A DNA stretch of 64,000 nt, taken from Guillardia theta CCMP2712. Lineage: Eukaryota; Protista; Cryptophyta. The stretch spans positions 758,091 through 822,090 of the forward strand of contig NW_005434652.1 in NCBI RefSeq assembly GCF_000315625.1. Direction: 5' to 3'. The notes under the pieces were generated by a model. It was not told the origin of the DNA. It worked only from the letters and a program-made list of their open reading frames with translations, and searched no databases. This document shows, in pieces, positions 62,701 to 64,000 of this stretch; position 1 is the stretch's first letter; the number at the start of each line of letters is the position of its first letter. A program made the position numbers and the translations under genes.

Positions 62701-64000
62701 TTCCAATTCAGTATGATGTGATTTACGGATTGCTGCAGTTGCGCTTTGTGACCCCAACCTGATGTCATCTAAAGCCGATGGTAGCATAGCAAGTGCTGCT
62801 TCGGTCAATTCTTCGTCTGTAGGAGCTCTTTTTGATCTGTCATCTACCGGCATCTTGACTTGGACCTCTACGTCTCCAGCTTCCTTGAATGATCTGCCGT
62901 TTGAAACGCTCATCATGTCCTGAATTTCCTTTTCCTTCTGTTCCAATGCCATCTGCTTCTGCAACAGCTCACTCTGCTGCTTTTCAAGGTCAGCTGCGAT
63001 CTTCATTTGCTCTGCAAAGAGGTGCTCTTGCTGCAGACGCTTTTCTTCCAATTCTCTTTCCTGCTGTACCTTCCATGCCACAAATGATGCCTTTTCATCC
63101 TCACTGATGCCAATTTTCTTCTGTTCGTCCATCGATACGCTTGGTGCAACACTTTCGGTATTGTTTGAGACAGATGGTTCACTCTGTGCAACATCATTGG
63201 GAAATGTGCTCGGCGAAATTGGAGAGGGCGCCCGGTAGACTGCAGAAGGTGCAAAGGGATTGATGGGCGGCGAAGTTGGAATCGAACTCTGTAAAACCTT
63301 GACAGAGTTTGGTGCAGGCACGGCCGACTGCAGGCTGGGAGACGATATACTTCCGCTTTTTGGAGTGGAGGATTCGGATATTGGAGGAAGTGAATTACCC
63401 TACAAAATTTTTGAATAAAGAGATGCTCCCAGAAAACAAACTTTGTTACCTGAGCAGTCACAGGTTTCTGCTTCATGTATCCTGGTGGATTCACGGAAGT
63501 GGTTTCCGTCATCTTCTCAAGATAATATGATGCTCTCAGTTCTTCTTGAGAAAAATTGCTGTATTCTGGAATCGCAGTGATCGTCCTCAATGACTCCTTC
63601 GAGCGCTTTCCCTTTTTGTTATCGATGCTGTTCAAGAATCAAACTCACATTTAGCCGTCGACACATGACCGTCTACCTTCTTGCAGAATGTCTTTCGCTT
63701 TCAGAGACAGCATCGCCGATACCTGAGATATCAGCCCTGTAGAAATCTATATTTCAGAAACTTACTTGACTTAGGCGAGGAACTCCATGGTGCTTTGACT
63801 GAGTTTGAATTGATGGTCGAATGCTCAGCAACAGCAGAGAATGTCGATATTTTTCCGGAAGAAACGACAGGAATCTCTGTTGGCACGGGAGCTGTTTTTT
63901 CTGAACGGGTTTGAGTATTCTAGTCATTCCAAAAGTACCATTTACAAACAGATCACTACCTTCGCCGACTTGATGTGATCCTATCTTCCCATATTCAGAA
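59790..64000 (-). CDS. Large multi-exon hypothetical protein (GLEBS-like motif, Pro/Ser-rich, coiled coil, TPR-like helices); 5' end outside the window
   Basis: Chain of minus-strand ORFs with GT-AG junctions; TITAIPEYSNFSQEELRASYY, LVSLTLDLEY..AF..LKK, GTDLLKRGRYQQARKYLKEAL. Ends approximate. Confidence 0.6.

Overview
Gene-dense eukaryotic nuclear DNA with many ~45-55 nt spliceosomal introns. Intron style, axonemal dynein and bipartite signal+transit leaders suggest a flagellated alga with a secondary plastid, most likely a cryptophyte such as Guillardia theta (inference). About 17 intron-split or single-exon genes were read by hand: outer-arm dynein heavy chain (partial), SUN-domain protein, MPP alpha, Nudix hydrolase, a giant secreted Cys-rich protein, Zn-ADH, TypA/BipA, DDA1, an LRR+MMS22L-like protein, Sel1-repeat protein, lipase maturation factor, coiled-coil protein, LysRS, plastid NFU, AAA ATPase and unknowns. 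Main findings: (1) a ~2.1 kb element with 23-bp terminal inverted repeats, no clear TSD, and a BAH-like ORF instead of a transposase; (2) an MMS22L-like protein with a built-in LRR module, head-to-head with DDA1; (3) a Canopy/GCC/DUF4215 protein with about 15 copies of an unfamiliar 4-Cys repeat plus EF-hands; (4) signal peptides followed by a ubiquitin-tail-like (L/I)RGG motif, including a eukaryote-type LysRS; (5) introns that seem to need GA donors; (6) two distinct sequence vocabularies marking gene 5' ends. All family assignments come from recalled motifs, not database searches. Exon boundaries are hand-derived.
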